Under the pieces are notes generated by a model. It was not told the DNA's origin and ran no database searches. It was given only the letters and a program-made list of their open reading frames with translations. This document shows, piece after piece, positions 47,198 through 58,043 of a DNA stretch of 64,000 nt (its first letter is position 1; each line of letters starts with the position of its first letter). Source of the stretch: an uncultured delta proteobacterium (GTDB taxonomy: Bacteria; Myxococcota_A; Polyangia; Polyangiales; Polyangiaceae); contig CAVQUB010000032.1 in the NCBI GenBank assembly GCA_963716725.1, positions 64,001-128,000 on the forward strand, in the 5' to 3' direction. A program made the translations under genes and the position numbers.

Positions 47198-47836
47198 ATG
47201 AACTGCCCCCGTTGCGGTGGAGTTGTCTGGAGTCGCGCGCTACCGGCCGGATCGGGTCACGCCTGTGGCAGCTGCGGGGGCGTCTGGCTCGACACGGCCG
47301 CGGCCGCGCGTGTGACCGAGGTGATGTGCGCCGACACCCTCGCCCACGCGGACGCCGGCGCCCAGCTTTCGAAACACGCGGTGGACACCCGGGGTGCCGT
47401 CGCCTGTCCGGTCTGCGGCGCGCCCATGGAGCGCAGCGTTGCCGGGCAGACCCGCGTCGAGCTCGACACATGCCGCTCGCATGGCACTTGGTTCGATCGC
47501 GACGAGCTCGGCCGGGTCGCACAGGCGCACGCCACTGCCCGGGCCTACGGACAGCACGGCAGCGCCGCCTTGGTGGGTGGCGCAGCGGTGGGCGGCGCGG
47601 CGGTGGTGGGCGCGGCCGCGGTGGGCGCGGCGGTCGCCGCAGATCAAGGGTTCTTTGCCCGCCAATTCCAGCATGTCGACGCCGCGGACGCCGCGGAGAT
47701 CGCCATCGAAGGCGGCAGCGCGGCCTTCGATGTGGGCGGTGCCATCGGTGACGCGGCCGACGCTGCGGGCGGGGGCGCCGAGATCGCGGGGACTGTCTTC
47801 GAGCTGCTCGGTGGGCTGTTCGAAGGCTTGGGGTGA
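47198..47836 (+). CDS. Double zinc-ribbon (zf-TFIIB-like) protein
   Basis: CPRC...CGSCGGVWLD; CPVC...CRSHGTWFD. Confidence 0.85.
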   Translation: MNCPRCGGVVWSRALPAGSGHACGSCGGVWLDTAAAARVTEVMCADTLAHADAGAQLSKHAVDTRGAVACPVCGAPMERSVAGQTRVELDTCRSHGTWFDRDELGRVAQAHATARAYGQHGSAALVGGAAVGGAAVVGAAAVGAAVAADQGFFARQFQHVDAADAAEIAIEGGSAAFDVGGAIGDAADAAGGGAEIAGTVFELLGGLFEGLG

Positions 47837-48894
47837 TGCGCAGGCTGCGCGCCGCGGCGCTCTCTGCCGGACTGCTCGTAGCCGCGTGCGGAGGGCCACC
47901 GGCACCGTCAGCGCCAGCGGGGCCGGCGCGAGTCGACACCGGACGCGCCCTCTACGATCGCTACTGCGCCCTGTGTCACGGTGCAGGGGCGGTCGGCTAC
48001 TCGGCTGACAACGCGAGTCAGCTGAAGAACCGGACGTTCTTGGGTACGGTCACCGACGAGCACCTGCGGGTCGCCATCGAGAGCGGCCGTCCGGGGACTC
48101 CGATGTCGGCCTTCGGCGTCGCGCGCAGGGGTCCGCTCGCCGCGTCGGATGTCGGCGCCCTCATCGCGTACCTGCAATCACTGGGCGACGGCGCCGCGAT
48201 GGACGTGCATCGGGCGGGGGCATCGGGGAACGCTGCGGCTGGCGGGAAGAGCTACGGCGCACGCTGCGCTGCCTGTCACGGACCGAAGGGCGAAGGCCGG
48301 ACCGCGATCAGCTTGAACAACCCGACCTTCCTCGCCACGGCCAGCGACGGATTCATCCGATACGCCATCGAGCACGGTCGCCCCGGCACGCCGATGCCGG
48401 CCTTCGGCAAGCTGCTCGCGCCGAGCGAGCTCGACGATCTCACCGCGGCGATTCGCGGGTGGGCGAGGCCCATCGGCCCGGCGACGGCGGCCGCCACTTG
48501 GCTCCCGGCCGTGGCGGATTTGGTGATTCACCCCCAGGGTCCGCACCCGAAATTCTCCCTTCGGGAGGGTCGCTACGTGCCGGCGGCCGAGGTCGCCGAG
48601 GCGCTGCGCACTGGCGCGCGTTTGGTGGTGCTCGATGCGCGGCCGCTCTCCGATTGGCACGCCGGTCACATCCCAGGCGCCACGCCCGCCCCCTTTCACG
48701 ACAGCCTCGACACCATTGCCGCGGCCCTGCCCCGCGACGGCACCTGGATCATCGCTTATTGCGCCTGCCCGCACGCGGCCTCCGGCAAGGTCGTGGACGC
48801 GCTGCGCGAGCGCGGGTTTTCGAACACGGCCGTCCTCGACGAAGGCATCCAGATCTGGCAGGAGCGAGGCTATCCGATGCGACCGGCGCCTTGA
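47836..48894 (+). CDS. Diheme cytochrome c fused to a rhodanese-like domain (lipoprotein)
   Basis: VAAC lipobox; CALCH and CAACH, each followed by GTPM; VLDAR...GHIPGA...YCACPH. Confidence 0.88.
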   Translation: MRRLRAAALSAGLLVAACGGPPAPSAPAGPARVDTGRALYDRYCALCHGAGAVGYSADNASQLKNRTFLGTVTDEHLRVAIESGRPGTPMSAFGVARRGPLAASDVGALIAYLQSLGDGAAMDVHRAGASGNAAAGGKSYGARCAACHGPKGEGRTAISLNNPTFLATASDGFIRYAIEHGRPGTPMPAFGKLLAPSELDDLTAAIRGWARPIGPATAAATWLPAVADLVIHPQGPHPKFSLREGRYVPAAEVAEALRTGARLVVLDARPLSDWHAGHIPGATPAPFHDSLDTIAAALPRDGTWIIAYCACPHAASGKVVDALRERGFSNTAVLDEGIQIWQERGYPMRPAP

Positions 48895-48918
48895 CGCTCG
48901 CCCCCTCGCGGTGGTCCC

Positions 48919-50100
48919 GTGCTCGGAGTGGCGCTCGGCGTCGTTCTCCAGGTGGTCCTCGGGCTCGTCGCTGCCAGCGTCGCTTACACGCTGTACTGCA
49001 CGGTCCGCGGCCTTCACGCGCTGATCGAGCCCCCGGAGCAGGTCGAGCCCCGGTCGACGTGGCCGCGGGTCAGCATGATCGTCCCGGCGTGCAACGAAGC
49101 TGACACCCTCGAGGCGGCGACGCGGGCCAAACTCTCGAGCGACTACCCGAACCTCGAGCTCGTGTTGATCGACGATCGCTCGACGGACGGCACCTCCGAG
49201 ATCGTGGACCGCATCGCGGCGAGCGACCCACGGGCACGGGCCGTGCACATCTCGGAGTTGCCACCCGGTTGGCTTGGTAAAGTGCACGCGCTCAGCCGGG
49301 GTTGCGAGGAGGCGACGGGGGAGTGGCTGCTGTTCTGCGACGCCGATGTGCACATCGATTCGGACTTCTTGCGGCGGGTGATGGCCGAATCCCTGCGACG
49401 AGACCTCGAGTTCGTCACGCTCTTGCCGAGGATCCTGTCATCGTCGTTTGCGCTGGACATCGCGCTGGCGACCTTCACCCGCATCCTGGTCGCGGGTGGG
49501 AGGCTCTGGCTGGTGGCAGATCCCAGGTCACGCGTCGCCGTCGGGGGAGGCGTGTTCAACCTGGTCGAGCGCCGCGCCCTGGATCGCACCCGCGGCCTCG
49601 AATGGCTGCGGCTCGAAATCGCCGACGACGTCGCGTTGGGTCAAATGTTGAAGCGCTCGGGCGCGCGCTCGGCGGTGTTCGACGGCACTCGGGGCGTCCA
49701 CCTGCACTTCTACCGATCGCTGGGCGAAATGATGCGTGGGCTCGAGAAGAACGCCTACGCGGTCTTCGGGGGTCTACGCCCGCTCCAGCTCGCGCTGATG
49801 CTGTCGCTCATGGTCTCCATCGAGCTGTTTCCAGTGGTGGCGCTGGCACTGCCCTCGACGACGGCGAGGGTCGCAGGCGCGGCTATGCTGGCCACCACCG
49901 CGCTCAGCCAAGCCCTGGTGGCTCGGGCGGGCAAGCGGGGGATCGGGACCGCGCTGGTCCCGGCGCTCGGCCCGCTGCTACTCTCGTGGTTTGGGCTCCG
50001 GTCAGCCGTACTCGCCCATCTTCGGGGCGGGATCGTCTGGCGGGGCACACACTACTCGCTCGCCGAGCTGCGCGCTGGCCGTCGATTCGAGGTCTTCTGA
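48919..50100 (+). CDS. GT2 family glycosyltransferase (membrane-anchored)
   Basis: VPACNE, DDRSTD, GWLGKVHA, DAD, DDVALG. Confidence 0.92.
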   Translation: MLGVALGVVLQVVLGLVAASVAYTLYCTVRGLHALIEPPEQVEPRSTWPRVSMIVPACNEADTLEAATRAKLSSDYPNLELVLIDDRSTDGTSEIVDRIAASDPRARAVHISELPPGWLGKVHALSRGCEEATGEWLLFCDADVHIDSDFLRRVMAESLRRDLEFVTLLPRILSSSFALDIALATFTRILVAGGRLWLVADPRSRVAVGGGVFNLVERRALDRTRGLEWLRLEIADDVALGQMLKRSGARSAVFDGTRGVHLHFYRSLGEMMRGLEKNAYAVFGGLRPLQLALMLSLMVSIELFPVVALALPSTTARVAGAAMLATTALSQALVARAGKRGIGTALVPALGPLLLSWFGLRSAVLAHLRGGIVWRGTHYSLAELRAGRRFEVF

Positions 50101-50108
50101 AGCGCGAG

Positions 50109-51917
50109 TCAGCGAGCGTTGGCGTCGTTCAACCCGCGTGACAAAAAGCTCAGGAGCGCGCGCCGATCTGCTTTGGACAGCGCAAACGCGCGAACGTCGG
50201 GATCGAAGCTGGGCGGCGCGATGCCCAGCCCCTCGCCGGCCCCCGCGGCGTAGAAGTCCACGACCTCTTCCAGAGTGCGGAACGCGCCATTGTGGAAGTA
50301 GGGCGCCGTTCGCGGCAAGTTGCGCAGGCTCGGCACCTTGAATGCGTGGCGCCCGGTCGTTTGTTTCTCCAGCCCGCCGCGACCGAGATCCGGATCCAAC
50401 TCGCGGGTGCCCGGGCGTTTCGGGACACCGATGACCGAGACCTCGGCCTTCGTGAAACGCGGAGGTGCGGCCCCGCTGGTGAGTGGCAGGCGGTGACAGC
50501 GGCTGCAGCGCGCCTCGCCATAGAAGATGTCGAAGCCCCGGAGCTCGCTGGCGCCCAGCGCGGCGCGATCACCGCGCACGTACCGATCGAAGGGCGCGTC
50601 GTCGCTCTGAAGAGTCCGCTCGTGAGCGGCCAGCGCACCCGTGATGGCTTCCTTGCTGACGCCACCCGGCAGCGCGGCTGTGACCTCGGGGTCGTCGCGC
50701 AGTCGATCGACGATGGTGGGCCAGTCTCCGCCCATGTCCTGCTCGACGGCGAGCTCGGTCTGACGAGTCAGCGTGCTCGCCCTCCCGTCCCAGAAGAGCA
50801 TGGGCTCGTAGGCGACGTTGAACAGGCTCGGGACGTCGCGGATCACGGATTTGCCGTCGAAGCGCCGCGGGCGAGTTGGCCCGGACGACAGCGCAGCGCT
50901 CTCGCGGTGACAGCTCGCGCAGCTCAGCGTGCGGTCTTTGCTCAACCGCGTGTCGCCGAACAGGCGCTTGCCGAGGGCCGCCTGCCGCTCGTCCGGCGCG
51001 GCTCCGGGCAGGCGGGGAAAAGTCGCCGGGCTCACGGGCTCGGCGAAGTGGTCCTTCTCGGTCGGTCGGCGCGGCGCAAAGGCCGGCGGGACGACGGCGC
51101 CCTTCCGCGCAAGCTCGACGCGCAGGGCGGCGCCGAGCTCGCCGCTCGCGATGAGCCCGTCGAGCTTTTGATCGATTCGGCCGCCCTTCTCCCGGGCCGC
51201 GAGCCAGGCGTCGAATCGCGCGACAGCGCTCGACAGCTGCCGCGACCCGCCGGTCAACGCGCGCACCTCGTCGATGTACTCGAGCAGCGCTCGCCCCCCG
51301 CCGATCACGTCGATCCGGTTCTCTTGGGCGCTCTCAGCTCCGGAGCCGTCGAGCATGACGCCCCAGTGGAACACCGCACGCGTCAGGGAGTGGGCGAGCT
51401 TGGGCAGCGAGAGCGAGATCGTGCGTGGCTCGTTCGGGGCGAGCTTCGACGCTGGACCGGTTCGGTGCAGTGACTGAGCCAGGACCTCCCACTTCGGCGG
51501 ATCGGTCGCGAGCGCGCCGGCAATGGGGCGCAGGCCCAAATCCTCGGGGACCTCGTCGGCCTCGTCGCTCTCGGGTTCTAACGTTCCAGTGTACGTGAGC
51601 ACCGCTGACAGCGGCAGCAGGCGCCGCCAAGCGCGACGAAGATCGAGGTAGGCGCGGCGGGCCGACGCTGCATCTTTTGCGCGCGACGCGCCCTCGAGTC
51701 GCTCGAAGGCCTCCGCCACGAATCGTCCGTCGCGCTCGGCGATACTCCTGATTTTCGACAGCGCGGGCACGACAGATGCAGAGGCCGGCAGGGCGGCTGA
51801 CGAGAGGGCCGGCAGGGCGACCGACGCGACGGTGACCGCCGGCTGCGGGTCGGCGCGATCCCGACACGCGCCGACGGCGAGCGAGCCGACGAGCAGCTGA
51901 ACAGCGAGCCTTCTCAC
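50109..51917 (-). CDS. Diheme cytochrome c peroxidase/MauG family lipoprotein with helical N-terminal domain
   Basis: LGKRLF.D.RLS...SCASCH, FWDGR, CSRCH, FKVPSLRN..RTAPYFHNG. Confidence 0.92.
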   Translation of the reverse strand: MRRLAVQLLVGSLAVGACRDRADPQPAVTVASVALPALSSAALPASASVVPALSKIRSIAERDGRFVAEAFERLEGASRAKDAASARRAYLDLRRAWRRLLPLSAVLTYTGTLEPESDEADEVPEDLGLRPIAGALATDPPKWEVLAQSLHRTGPASKLAPNEPRTISLSLPKLAHSLTRAVFHWGVMLDGSGAESAQENRIDVIGGGRALLEYIDEVRALTGGSRQLSSAVARFDAWLAAREKGGRIDQKLDGLIASGELGAALRVELARKGAVVPPAFAPRRPTEKDHFAEPVSPATFPRLPGAAPDERQAALGKRLFGDTRLSKDRTLSCASCHRESAALSSGPTRPRRFDGKSVIRDVPSLFNVAYEPMLFWDGRASTLTRQTELAVEQDMGGDWPTIVDRLRDDPEVTAALPGGVSKEAITGALAAHERTLQSDDAPFDRYVRGDRAALGASELRGFDIFYGEARCSRCHRLPLTSGAAPPRFTKAEVSVIGVPKRPGTRELDPDLGRGGLEKQTTGRHAFKVPSLRNLPRTAPYFHNGAFRTLEEVVDFYAAGAGEGLGIAPPSFDPDVRAFALSKADRRALLSFLSRGLNDANAR

Positions 51918-51955
51918 GGTGTCACGTGTAAGCTATGCCTCGGAGGCAGGTCCAG

Positions 51956-53339
51956 GTGAAGTCGCATTGGTTGGGATTTGCGTTGTTCATGACCACGGTC
52001 ATCGGGTGCTCGTCCTCCGAAGACGCCGGTGAGCCGACCGTCAAACGCCCCGACGATGCGATCGCCGTGGCCGCCCGCGAAGCCTGCGAGTTCAAGGCGG
52101 GCGCACTGCCCCAAGACACGCTGGGCAAGAGCGAGCCTATCAGCAGACAGATCCCGGTCGATCACATCTTCGTCTTGATGATGGAGAACCGATCCTTCGA
52201 TCACTACTTCTCCAAGCTGCCCGAATACGGCGTCACCGATGTGAACGTGGCGGACGCGAGCTTTTCCAACGTCGACGACACGGGCCAAAAGGTGAGCTGG
52301 TTCCACGAGACGGAGTACTGCGTCGAGGATCCATCTCACGGCTGGAAGGGCAGTCACCGCCAATGGAACGGCGGGAAGAACGACGGCTTCGTTCTCGACA
52401 ACGAGCCCAACGGCCGGCGCGCCATGGGGTATTTCAACGCCGACGACCTGCCCTTCTACTACGCGCTCGCCAAAGAGTTCGCGATCGGGGACCAGTACTT
52501 CTGCTCCCTGCTCGGGCCGACTTGGCCGAATCGCATGTATTTGTACAGCGCGTCGAGCCACGGTCTGACCAAGAACACCCTGCCGACCAACCTCAGCTCC
52601 GCCAACGTCTTTGCGGCGCTGAGCGCCAAGAAGATCGAGTGGAAGGTGTATCGGAGCAACCTGCCCCCGGCAGCGATGTTCCTCGAGACCTGGCTCGAGA
52701 GCACCAAGGGCTGCGGCGCACCCGAAGAGGGTCCCTGTCGCCTTGCCGAAATCGACCAGCTCGAGGCCGACCTCGCCAGCGGTCAGCTGCCCCCCGTGGT
52801 GTTCATCGATCCCGAATTCTCGACGGGGATCAAAGAGACGAGCGAGCATCCTCCGGCCAATCCCCACCACGGCCAGCGCTTCACCTGGAGAGTCGTCGAC
52901 GCGCTGATGAAGAGCCCGCTCTGGAAGCGAAGCGCGCTGCTTCATCACCTATGATGAGCACGGTGGATTCGCGGACCACGTGCCGCCGCCGCCGGCCTGT
53001 CATCCGGGCGACGCCGAGCCCGAAGAGGCCAGCGACGGGACCTTCGACCGACTCGGTTTCCGCGTGCCGCTGATGGTCGTCTCGCCCTTCGCAAAGAAGG
53101 GCTACGTGTCGCATTTGGTCCGGGACCACACGGCGATCCTGCGCTTCATCCAGGCTCGCCATGGCATCGGAGCCTTCACCGCGCGCGATGCAAACTCCGA
53201 CGCGCTCATGGACCTCTTCGACTTCGAGGCCGCACCGCACGCGGTCCCTCCGACCTTCGCGGAGCCAGCCGTCGACCCGGGCAAGCTCAGCGGTGCCAGG
53301 CCGCGTTTCCCGGCGGCAAGTAGGCTCGTCGCGAGCTAG
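51956..53339 (+). CDS. Phosphoesterase / phospholipase C family lipoprotein, frameshifted near 52940 and probably again near 53290
   Basis: MMENRSFDHYF, TWPNRMY, SEHPP; frame change at SAL/FITYDEHGG; GFRVP, DHTAILRFI. Confidence 0.88.
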
Positions 53340-53350
53340 GTTTCGATTCG

Positions 53351-53927
53351 ATGGGTTGGCACGCTGCTCGGCGGCATCGGGCTCTTCTTGCTGGGCATGT
53401 TGATGCTCACCGACGGCCTGCAGGCGCTGGCCGGCGATCGACTTCGGTCTGCGCTGCGCCGCTACACGCGCACCCGGCCATCCGCCATTTTGACCGGAGC
53501 CGCCGTGACGGCCGTCGTGCAATCGTCGAGCGCGACGACCCTCGCCGTCATCGGGTTCGTCGGAGCCGGACTCTTGAGCTTTCGTCAAGCCTTGGGCGTC
53601 GAGGTGCGCGCGTTTCTCGAACTCTTGGGCGACGGACTTACCCCGCATCGCTCGGTTGCGCCGGGGCTCGAAGACGTCTCCCTGCGAGTCGCCGCACTCC
53701 GGCGCGAAGCGCGAGGAGAACTCTTGAGCCGCACCGCGGACGGCGAGATCGATCCCGCCGCGGCAGAGAACCTGCTCGAGGCCTTCCGCTGGCTCGACCG
53801 GATCGCGTATCACTTCTGGCGCACGGCCCATCACCTCGACGTGATGGATCACGACATGCCCTCCGTCGAGCCGCCTGCCCCCGAATCCCGGGGGCGGCGG
53901 GCCGACGAAACTCACGATATGTCTTGA
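53351..53927 (+). pseudogene. Na+/Pi cotransporter remnant with large internal deletion
   Basis: LLGGIGLFLLGM...TAVVQSSSATT..IGFVGAG...QALGV jumps to a PhoU-like tail; GANIGTT and the second repeat are missing; ATG 53351 is one base out of frame. Confidence 0.75.
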
Positions 53928-53949
53928 AGCCGAGTGCCTCGCCGGCCGT

Positions 53950-55023
<1,074 letters not shown>

Positions 55024-55084
55024 GCGCGCCACCCTAGGAAAAGTCGGGCAGAGATACGAGCAGATTGGAAAATTCCGCGAATGC

Positions 55085-55148
55085 CCCGAGCAATCGTCAT
55101 GGCCCCACGGGCCGAGCCCCACCGGGGGACCAGATTCGATTGCTCGGG
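55085..55148. other. Intergenic nested inverted repeat (potential three-way junction)
   Basis: CCCGAGCAATCG / CGATTGCTCGGG 12-bp stem enclosing GGCCC-CAC-GGGCC and CCCC-ACC-GGGG. Confidence 0.6.
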
Positions 55149-55174
55149 CGGCGACCTTGCCGGACAATTACCGA

Positions 55175-56461
55175 ATGCGAGTCAGGGCCCTGGGGTTCGG
55201 GTTGTGTCTGTCCGCTTTGGTCTACTCGGTCGCCTGCGGCAGCGATTCCGGCGGTGAAGCCGGACTGGGTTCCGGTGGGAACGTCGCCACCGGCGGCAAG
55301 GGCGGCGCGGCCGGTGGCGGCAGCGGAGGCCTGGGGCTTGGCGGCGCTTCAGGAGGCGGCGGCGCGGCGGGGGCAGGGGCGAGCGCAGGTGGTGGTGCCA
55401 GCGGCGCGGGCGGCGTCGGCGACGCCGGGTTGCCAGACGTTTCGTTCACCTACGACGCGGGCGGCACGACCGACGGCGGCGTCGGCGACGCCTGCGCCGC
55501 GGTGACCGCCAAGGCGGAGCCCAAGCCCCTCGACATGTACATCATGCTCGACAAGTCCGGCAGCATGGGTTCGGACTGCAACATCGGTTCTTCAACCGCT
55601 TCGAAGTGGTGCTACGCGGTGAACGCGCTGAGCGGCTTCTTCACCTCCACCTCCGCCCCGGGCATGGGCGTGGCCCTCCAGTACTTCCCCATCTCGGGTT
55701 ACTCGTGCACGGGCAACGGTGGCACCGAGGCCACGCCGGCCGTCGCGTTGGGACTCCTGCCGGGCAACCTGAACGCGCTCCAGAACTCGCTCAACGGGAC
55801 GGTGCCCGACGGCGGCAATACCCCCATCGAAGCCGGGCTACGCGGGCTCATCGACTACACGGCCAAGAACAAGAAACCGAACCGCGTGATGATCGCCATC
55901 CTGATCACCGACGGATCGCCCAATGCCTGCAATACCAGCGGCACCTACATGGCGGGGCTCGCCAGCGCGCACTTCGCCGCTAGCGGCGTCCGTACCTTCG
56001 TGATCGGAATGACCGGTGCGAGCTTCGCCACGCTCGAGCAAATTGCGGCGGGCGGCGGGACCACCACGCATCCGGACAACGTCGGCGGCGTCACTGACGC
56101 CTGTGGCAACGGCAACGGGCCCTGCTACCACTGGAACGTCGGCAACGGCAATCCGCAGGCTTTCGTCGCGGCGCTCCAGGCCATCCAACAGTCGGCGGTG
56201 GGCTGTCAGTACAACGTGCCCAAGAGTGACGCGGGCATCGTGGACCCCGACAAGATCGAGGTCCAGTACACCCCGGGCAGCGGCGCGGTGCAGAAGTTGC
56301 AGAAGGTCGCCAACGCCGGCGCGTGCGGCGCGGGTGACGGCTGGCACTACGACAACAACGCGAACCCGACGACCATCATCCTGTGTCCGGCCACCTGCAC
56401 CAAGGTGACCAACGATGCCAAGGCCAAGATCGACATCGTGCTCGGCTGTCTCGGCTCCTGA
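55175..56461 (+). CDS. Myxobacterial vWA-domain lipoprotein
   Basis: SVAC lipobox; Gly linker; DMYIMLDKSGSM, TP, LITDG; C-terminal IILCPATC. Confidence 0.88.
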   Translation: MRVRALGFGLCLSALVYSVACGSDSGGEAGLGSGGNVATGGKGGAAGGGSGGLGLGGASGGGGAAGAGASAGGGASGAGGVGDAGLPDVSFTYDAGGTTDGGVGDACAAVTAKAEPKPLDMYIMLDKSGSMGSDCNIGSSTASKWCYAVNALSGFFTSTSAPGMGVALQYFPISGYSCTGNGGTEATPAVALGLLPGNLNALQNSLNGTVPDGGNTPIEAGLRGLIDYTAKNKKPNRVMIAILITDGSPNACNTSGTYMAGLASAHFAASGVRTFVIGMTGASFATLEQIAAGGGTTTHPDNVGGVTDACGNGNGPCYHWNVGNGNPQAFVAALQAIQQSAVGCQYNVPKSDAGIVDPDKIEVQYTPGSGAVQKLQKVANAGACGAGDGWHYDNNANPTTIILCPATCTKVTNDAKAKIDIVLGCLGS

Positions 56462-56499
56462 GTCGCGCGGTATGATTGCCCGGCACTGCGCCGACGTGA

Positions 56500-57927
56500 T
56501 CACTCGCAGCGGCGGAAAGGCAGCCCGTCGACGCTTGGACCGCCAGCCGCGACGCAGCTCGAACCCGTTGGACAGAGACCGTCTTTGGTGCAGTCCCGAG
56601 AGCACTTTTTCGCGCTGCGGTTGCAGTAGCCGAAGAAGCAATCTGCCTCCTTGGTGCACGCCGCGCCGACGGCGCCCGGGCCGAGCGCGGGCAAACACAA
56701 GCCGATGCGACCCGAGCCCACCGAGCCCAGCGCGGTGCACATGCTGCCCAGCGGACAGCCGCTCGGGTATCGACACGAGTCGACGCACGCGTCTCCGGCG
56801 AGCCCATCCGTAGTCACCGGGGACGAGCAGTTGACGGCCGGCGGGTTGGGGATGGTGAACGCCGCGAAATCGATGTGCTGGCCGTCGCCGCAGACGTTGA
56901 CGACCTGGCTCGCACCATTGCAGGCCCACTGAGCCGGCGCCGTGCCGCCCTCGAGCGGACCGTAGATCGCGGTCGCGCCGCTGCTTGGCCTCCGGCACAG
57001 GCCATCGCAGGTCCAAGGCGACATGCCTGCAGCGCGCTGCGGACAGTCGGACGCGGAGCTACACGCCAGCGTGCAGCCGGCGACGACCAAGGACGGCGAA
57101 GTGTCGCACGCCGCCGGCACGATGCAGGCCGCGGTGTTGCTCGAATCACAGGCCTCTGCGGCCTTCACGCAGACCTTCTGTCCCGACACCGGCATGCACC
57201 CCCAGCCGTTCGGACAGTCGCTCCCGTTGGCGCACGGCGACGTGCAGTATTTGACCGACGTCACGCAGGCGTACTGGCACTCCGCAGCGACGCTGCACGC
57301 TCTCCCGATGTCGCTCAGCATGCAGTACTGCTCGTTGCCGCTCGCCTCGCAGCGCGTGCTGCTCGGGCAGCCTGCGCTGGTTCCGACCGCGCTGCAGGCG
57401 CGGGCGCAGCGCTTGGCGAGGCCCTTGCCAAAGGCACGACACAAGAGCGCGCCGCACTCAGCGTCGCTCGAGCAGAGATCCAGCTCGAGTTTGTTGGCGG
57501 GCGAGCCGCCGCCGCCGGGCGAGCCGCCGCCGCCGGGCGAGCCGCCGCCGCCGGGCGAGCCGCCGCCGCTGGGCACGCCGCCGCCGCTGGGCACGCCGCC
57601 GCCGCTGGGCACGCCGCCGCCGCTGGGCGCACCGCCGCTGCCCCCGCTCGGGCTCGCGCCAGTGCCCGCTGAACCATCCGGATCCGCGCCGCCGGTGCCC
57701 GCGCCGCCATCGCTCGGCGGGTCGCAGCGGCCGATCGCAGAGTTGCACACGAAGCCGAAGCTACAGTCGGTATCCAGCTTGCATTCGGACACGCACTCTC
57801 CGGAGACGCATTGCGCGTACTCACAGTCGCTGTTGCGTTCACACTCGGCGGAGGCGCACGAGCCGACGACCGCGCTCGGGCCCATTGCCATCAGTCCGAG
57901 CAACAAGCCTCGCGCCAATCGCCACAT
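56500..57927 (-). CDS. Cys-rich repeat secreted/lipoprotein
   Basis: Many C...DC units; Gly/Pro linker; ATG 57927 preceded by TATGCT. Confidence 0.82.
   Translation of the reverse strand: MWRLARGLLLGLMAMGPSAVVGSCASAECERNSDCEYAQCVSGECVSECKLDTDCSFGFVCNSAIGRCDPPSDGGAGTGGADPDGSAGTGASPSGGSGGAPSGGGVPSGGGVPSGGGVPSGGGSPGGGGSPGGGGSPGGGGSPANKLELDLCSSDAECGALLCRAFGKGLAKRCARACSAVGTSAGCPSSTRCEASGNEQYCMLSDIGRACSVAAECQYACVTSVKYCTSPCANGSDCPNGWGCMPVSGQKVCVKAAEACDSSNTAACIVPAACDTSPSLVVAGCTLACSSASDCPQRAAGMSPWTCDGLCRRPSSGATAIYGPLEGGTAPAQWACNGASQVVNVCGDGQHIDFAAFTIPNPPAVNCSSPVTTDGLAGDACVDSCRYPSGCPLGSMCTALGSVGSGRIGLCLPALGPGAVGAACTKEADCFFGYCNRSAKKCSRDCTKDGLCPTGSSCVAAGGPSVDGLPFRRCE
57499..57640. repeat. 18-bp coding tandem repeat (two variants, about 8 units)
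   Basis: Encodes PSGGGV x3 and PGGGGS-type units. Confidence 0.88.
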
Positions 57928-58043
57928 CGGGTCGAGCATAGCAGCGCCGCGACCCGGCGTGCGCTTCGGCGGAGGCGGGTGTCGATTCTTCGCTCCGACC
58001 GGTCAGTGAGAGGCGGCAGCGCGATGTCGGTTACACTGCCGGA

